From NCBI RefSeq assembly GCF_000002075.1, contig NW_004797278.1, forward strand, positions 1,558,024-1,622,023: a stretch of 64,000 bases of DNA. Direction: 5' to 3'. The position numbers and the translations under genes were made by a program. Below, piece by piece: positions 63,196 to 64,000 of the stretch. This DNA is from Aplysia californica (taxonomy: Eukaryota). The notes under the pieces were generated by a model, which worked only from the letters and a program-made list of their open reading frames with translations, had not been told where the DNA came from and made no database searches. Every line of letters begins with the position of its first letter. The stretch's first letter is position 1.

Positions 63196-63365
63196 TTTAG
63201 TTTTAGTAGAGGTTTTACGGCGCTCGCAACTGCATAAGGTCATTTGAGCGCAAGAAGATTGGGTGTTACAAAAGAGTAACAAACATAAAAATAAGGGGAG
63301 ATAAGGAGGATAGTTTGACATAAAAGAAGGAGCAAACCACACCAGAGCACCCGTCAATCACCCAC
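63196..63365 (-). mobile_element. Family S copy, minus strand
   Basis: Reverse complement of the family; TSD CCGA(A/T)ATTGAAAA. Confidence 0.88.
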
Positions 63366-64000
63366 CGATATTGAAAACTTGTATCATGTGCACATGGTAA
63401 CCTGAAGTTGGGCCCAGATAACATGTTAAGCTGCATGCACTTGTTTATCTGTTTGATCAGCTTTATGTTGAATTAAATATTTTCGGCAGCCACCACGAGC
63501 TGTCTTTTAGTCACACGATCCCCATCCCTCTTCCCTTATTCCTTGAAGTGCTAGATCTAGGTAATGCATTTCATTTTTCTAGTATCGCAAGGTATTTGAC
63601 TAAAATAAAACTGAATTACTTTAACATACCCTGTCCCGTTCTTTCTCTACCGGTTTACATGCAAAGAGAGAAGTCCCGAAAGGCGTCGATATCTGAAAAA
63701 AGAACCATTTGTTCATTGGTCATAATCAATAGAAAATGGTCTGTTCTGACATCGAACAAGTACACTTTGCTGCTTGTGTGGTTGTGTACTAATTAACACA
63801 ATAAGGTCACATGTTAAGAGAAACAATTTTACCTTTATAAGGTTCATTTTTACTGTGGAAAGATTTAAACATACCAGAACACTAACCATAACTAACGAGG
63901 GTTATACTAACCTGTTTTATTCATGTCAAACGTTTTGAGTAAAGAGAAGCACATCGACACAATGGTCGTTTCGTGCTGGGAAGAAGTAAGATTGGGAGAC

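Noticed and set aside
63630-63692. Further upstream exon of the unknown gene (ISTPFGTSLFACKPVEKERDR)
   Set aside because: Splice sites look good, but it is phase 0-0 and I could not find the linking exon to the phase-1 exon at 62988; left uncalled

Overview
Eukaryotic, AT-rich, microsatellite- and N-gap-rich genomic DNA. It is probably from a mollusc (gastropod); this is an inference from the SINE types present. The window holds two protein-coding genes. (1) A + strand equilibrative nucleoside transporter (SLC29/ENT family) has 14 coding exons, 14383-38579, giving about 519 aa. Exons 4-13 sit in a near-identical 10.2 kb tandem duplication that is probably an assembly artefact. (2) A convergent - strand multi-exon gene of unknown function spans 55418 to at least 62988 and has a long acidic low-complexity C-terminus. 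The rest is transposons: a 5'-truncated I/Nimb-type LINE with RNase H and a 12-bp TSD, an RTE 3' fragment, a deleted mariner, several Tc1/pogo MITEs and tRNA-derived SINEs. The most interesting signal is a set of three non-autonomous retroelement families that all end in the same covarying 3' stem-loop as the LINE. Two of them have fixed 5' ends, TSDs and no tRNA head. One of these begins with a roughly 140-nt multibranch RNA structure that shows compensatory changes between copies. Coordinates were counted by hand; repeat boundaries are approximate.
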